A stretch of 62,065 nt of DNA from an uncultured Campylobacterales bacterium (lineage in GTDB: Bacteria > Campylobacterota > Campylobacteria > Campylobacterales > CAZCQG01). A model generated the notes under the pieces. It had not been told where the DNA came from, did not search any database, and worked only from the letters and a program-made list of their open reading frames with translations. Within the stretch, counting starts at the first letter, position 1. Each line of letters starts with the position of its first letter. A program made the position numbers and the translations under genes. This document shows positions 58,817-62,065 of the stretch, in pieces. Where the stretch lies: NCBI GenBank assembly GCA_964500775.1, contig CAZCQG010000005.1, positions 12,853-74,917 on the forward strand, in the 5' to 3' direction.

Positions 58817-60046
58817 ATGGAAGTGGGACTAATAGGCAGGCAGCCGATACTCAATAACGACGGCAGCACGTTTGGCTACGAGCTCCTCTACAGAAGCGAC
58901 AACAATAACCGCGCAGAGGTACTAGACGACAATATGGCGACAAGCAGCGTCCTCATAAGCGCTATGAATACGTTCGGACTAGATAAACTTATCGGGAATA
59001 AAAGAGCGTTTATAAACGTGGGGGTCGATCTACTACTCGATCCTATTTTAGAGGCGTTGCCTAAAGAGCGCTTCGTACTAGAGATACTCGAAGACGTGAA
59101 GATAGAGGAGAAAACCCTCAATAGAATCAAAGAGCTCAAAGAACACGGCTATACGATAGCCGTCGATGACCTGAACTTTGAAGAAGAGCTTGTGGAAAAT
59201 TTCAAACCGGTCTTTGAATTTGCCGAGGTATTGAAGTTTGACATTATGCAAACCGGCATCGAGAATCTCACACAAAAAATCAAGCCCTTCAAACAATATA
59301 ATCTCAAATTTTTAGCAGAGAAGGTGGAAAATATCAATGAGTTTGAAGCGTGTAAAAGTGCCGGTTTTAGTTATTATCAAGGATATTTCTTCTCCAAGCC
59401 CGATGTAATAAGCGGAAAAAAACTTGACCCCTCCAAACTCTCGGTAGTAAATATCGTCTCTCTGCTAAATAGCGATTGCGATATAGCGAAGATCGAGCGG
59501 GAGTTTTTACGAGCACCCGAACTGGCGTTTAACCTCCTCAAATACCTTAATAGCGCCTCCATAGGGGCAAGATCGAAAATCACCTCCATCTCGCATGCCA
59601 TCTCGCTTTTAGGCAGATCACAGCTCGCCCAATGGCTCACCCTCTACCTCTATGCGGATACGAAGGAGAATAAATTTTCCACGCCGCTTATGGAGAGTGC
59701 GATATTTCGGGCGAAGTTTATGAGTGAGCTCGGACACACCCTCAATATGGATAAAAAGATGCAAGAAAAGGCGTATTTGACGGGGATGGTTTCACTCATC
59801 GACGCACTTATGGGAACTACGTTTGATGACGTTTTTAATGAAATAAGCTTTGATGACGACATCAAAGAGGCGATCACCAAAAAAAGCGGAAAGCTCGGAA
59901 AGTTATTCTTAGCTTCCTTGATAGCGGAGAAGAGCAATCCGAAGATGATAGAGGTATTTAAAAAAATAGGATTAGATGAGGCAAAGTTGGGGAATATGAT
60001 GCATAATTGCTATAATTGGCTAAGTGAAAATAAAATCCATTCATAA
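58817..60046 (+). CDS. EAL-HDOD domain protein (YuxH-like)
   Basis: IGRQPI..GYELLYR, AFINV, LEILE, IAVDD, LAEKVE, YQGYFF, then HDOD (LLKYLNSA..ITSISHAISLLG). Confidence 0.88.
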   Translation: MEVGLIGRQPILNNDGSTFGYELLYRSDNNNRAEVLDDNMATSSVLISAMNTFGLDKLIGNKRAFINVGVDLLLDPILEALPKERFVLEILEDVKIEEKTLNRIKELKEHGYTIAVDDLNFEEELVENFKPVFEFAEVLKFDIMQTGIENLTQKIKPFKQYNLKFLAEKVENINEFEACKSAGFSYYQGYFFSKPDVISGKKLDPSKLSVVNIVSLLNSDCDIAKIEREFLRAPELAFNLLKYLNSASIGARSKITSISHAISLLGRSQLAQWLTLYLYADTKENKFSTPLMESAIFRAKFMSELGHTLNMDKKMQEKAYLTGMVSLIDALMGTTFDDVFNEISFDDDIKEAITKKSGKLGKLFLASLIAEKSNPKMIEVFKKIGLDEAKLGNMMHNCYNWLSENKIHS

Positions 60047-60055
60047 AAAAGAGCG

Positions 60056-60730
60056 ATGCAGATTCTAAAAAATATCAAACTCTTACTAGTCGAAGACGAT
60101 GCAGAGATACGCGGTCTGCTCAAAGGGTATTTCAAAAATTACTTTGGAAGCGTCATTGAGGGGTGTGACGGGGATGAGGGGTGGGAGCTTTTTCAAAAGC
60201 ACCTCCCCGATGTCGTAATAACCGATGTGATGATGCCAAAAAGTACGGGGGTGGCATTGGCGCAAAAGATCGCAAAATGTAGCGATGCACTCATATATTT
60301 CATATCGGGCTGCAAAGATTCCGACGTTTTACTTGATGTGATTCATACCCACCCTAGAGGATACCTCCTCAAGCCCATATCGTCGAAAAAAATGAATGAG
60401 ATTCTCGAAGAGATCGCAGCTATTTTAAACAAAACTTCAAAAAATACTTATCGACTCGCGTGCGGAGCGGAAGTCGATTTTGAACAATCTGTCATCCTCC
60501 GCAACGGCACAAAAACGATACTTACAAAAAAAGAGTTGGAACTTTTTAAACTTTTAAGCACGGCGGAAAAAAAGGTGATTCCTTATTCCGTTATCGAAAA
60601 AGAGCTATGGGGAGAGAGTAGCAAGGGAATGACGGATGATTCGATACGCTCTTTGCTCTATAGAATCAGAAAAAAAAGCTCAAAAGAGTGTATCAGGATA
60701 CTCTCGAATATCGGGATGCAAGAAGGATAA
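60056..60730 (+). CDS. OmpR-like response regulator
   Basis: LLLVEDD, ITDVMMP, YLLKP, LTKKE..L, IRSLLYRIRKK. Confidence 0.88.
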   Translation: MQILKNIKLLLVEDDAEIRGLLKGYFKNYFGSVIEGCDGDEGWELFQKHLPDVVITDVMMPKSTGVALAQKIAKCSDALIYFISGCKDSDVLLDVIHTHPRGYLLKPISSKKMNEILEEIAAILNKTSKNTYRLACGAEVDFEQSVILRNGTKTILTKKELELFKLLSTAEKKVIPYSVIEKELWGESSKGMTDDSIRSLLYRIRKKSSKECIRILSNIGMQEG

Positions 60731-60747
60731 AAGCGGGGAGGGATAAC

Positions 60748-61722
60748 CTACCCTCTTTTGAGTAGCTCGCACACCTCTTTAGCATGATAGCTAATGATAA
60801 TATCCGCTCCCGCCCTTTTAAATCCAAGCATAGTCTCTAACATAACGCGCTCATAGTCGATCACTCCGGCTTTTGCGGCAGCTTTGAGCATCGCGTATTC
60901 GCCGCTGACGTTATAGACCGCCAACGGAAGTAATGTGCGCTCTCTAATGTCGCGTATGATGTCTAGGTACGCAAGAGCGGGCTTTACCATCAATATATCC
61001 GCCCCTTGTGCCTCGTCCTCCAAGCTCTCTAATATTGCTTCGCGTCTGTTGGCGGGGTTTTGTTGGTAGGTTTTTCTATCGCCGAAACTCGGCGTTGATT
61101 CTGCTACATCTCTGAAAGGACCGTAATACGCGCTGGCAAATTTCGTTGAATAGCTCATAATCGGGAGATTGTAGTGACCGTCTTCATCAAGCGCAGCGCG
61201 GATGGATTCTATCATCCCGTCCATCATCCCGCTAGGGGCGACCATATCCACGCCGCTTGCGGCTAAGACTTTAGTTTGTTTTTTGAGAATCTCTAGGGTC
61301 AAATCGTTATCGACCGTGCCGTGCTTTACATCAAGAATCCCGCAGTGTCCGTGGTCGGTATATTCGCAAAAACAGAGATCGGCTACGACGTAGAGATCGG
61401 GGAAATTTTTTTTGACCTCTCGTATCGCTTTAGCGATGATACCTTCGCTATGGAGCGCTTCGGAACCGACGGAATCTTTATTGGAAGGAATCCCAAAGAG
61501 TATGATGCTCTTTATTCCAAGCGCAATAACATCTGCACACTCTTTTATTATGACATCCAAGCTCATTTGGTACACGCCCGGCATCGAAGCGACCTCTTTT
61601 TTTATTCCGCTTCCCTCGACGACGAATAGAGGGTAAATAAAATCATTTTCGCTTAATCGGTACTCTTGTACAAGATCACGTATAGCCGAATTGACCCGTA
61701 CTCTCCTAAATCTTTTAAACAT
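60748..61722 (-). CDS. hemB: Porphobilinogen synthase
   Basis: [14 protein letters not shown] (Zn-type), [31 protein letters not shown]. Confidence 0.98.
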   Translation of the reverse strand: MFKRFRRVRVNSAIRDLVQEYRLSENDFIYPLFVVEGSGIKKEVASMPGVYQMSLDVIIKECADVIALGIKSIILFGIPSNKDSVGSEALHSEGIIAKAIREVKKNFPDLYVVADLCFCEYTDHGHCGILDVKHGTVDNDLTLEILKKQTKVLAASGVDMVAPSGMMDGMIESIRAALDEDGHYNLPIMSYSTKFASAYYGPFRDVAESTPSFGDRKTYQQNPANRREAILESLEDEAQGADILMVKPALAYLDIIRDIRERTLLPLAVYNVSGEYAMLKAAAKAGVIDYERVMLETMLGFKRAGADIIISYHAKEVCELLKRG

Positions 61723-61727
61723 CGAGG

Positions 61728-62039
61728 TTACGCGTGTAGCTTTTTAAAGTGTAGTACGCTGTTGAGCTGTAGTTCGCCTAGCGTGCTCAAAAGGTCGTCG
61801 TCTTTGATATTGAGCGTGAGGTTTACCTTGTCTTGCGTAGAAAGCTTGATAAGATAGCCGATAAGACTTGAGCCGAGTGAATAGGATTCATGAATATTTA
61901 CGACGACTTCTTCACCGCTCCTGCAACCCCCAAGCGCTCGCATAAACGCCTCCGCGTCGGTCATCGGCTTGATTATGCCGTATATATGAAACTCTTTTTT
62001 TTTATCGTTTGTGTTGCTTACGATTTTCATCGCCTCCAT
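61728..62039 (-). CDS. Hypothetical protein, weak STAS-like resemblance
   Basis: 103 aa; [16 protein letters not shown] recalls the STAS DSS motif; 5 nt upstream of hemB. Confidence 0.5.
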   Translation of the reverse strand: MEAMKIVSNTNDKKKEFHIYGIIKPMTDAEAFMRALGGCRSGEEVVVNIHESYSLGSSLIGYLIKLSTQDKVNLTLNIKDDDLLSTLGELQLNSVLHFKKLHA

Positions 62040-62065
62040 ACAATCTCCTAATAAAACTATTAATT

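Noticed and set aside
60700-60730. Possible 3' frameshift in the last response regulator (ends NIGMQEG instead of the usual GxGY tail)
   Set aside because: No alternative frame clearly restores the tail, and such variation is common; insufficient evidence

Overview
Chromosomal window from a Campylobacterota (epsilonproteobacterial) genome. The assignment is inferred from a MOMP/PorA-type porin, a Helicobacter-type second GluRS, the DUF2018-ispB-hemA-proS-fxsA-hemC cluster and a tmRNA tag ANNTNYAPAAVKAA. Core genes include hemC, proS, hemA, hisD, amtB/P-II, tRNA-Ser(TGA), nusA, an RND efflux operon, slt, yggT, gltX2, ssrA, trpA, panB, ruvB and hemB. They are interleaved with many signalling genes: hybrid kinases, REC-kinases, GGDEF/EAL, EAL/HDOD, an MCP and an Hpt protein. 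The most notable accessory content is: (i) a solitary Dnmt2/TRDMT1-like cytosine methyltransferase next to an Aer-like PAS receptor; (ii) a ~320 bp highly structured MITE-like element between hisD and DUF2018; (iii) a ~4.5 kb element at the ssrA 3' end with a tyrosine integrase, an AlpA/Xis-like gene, a Rep_trans-like protein, arm-type repeats and a damaged distal att copy; (iv) an LTA-synthase-family gene split at a G8 tract (possible phase variation); (v) an ATPase gene flanked by a decayed duplication of the neighbouring MCP 5' end; (vi) three toxin-antitoxin pairs, a CowN-like gene and a group-X ATP-phosphofructokinase. All family assignments come from motif recognition by eye; no database searches were run.
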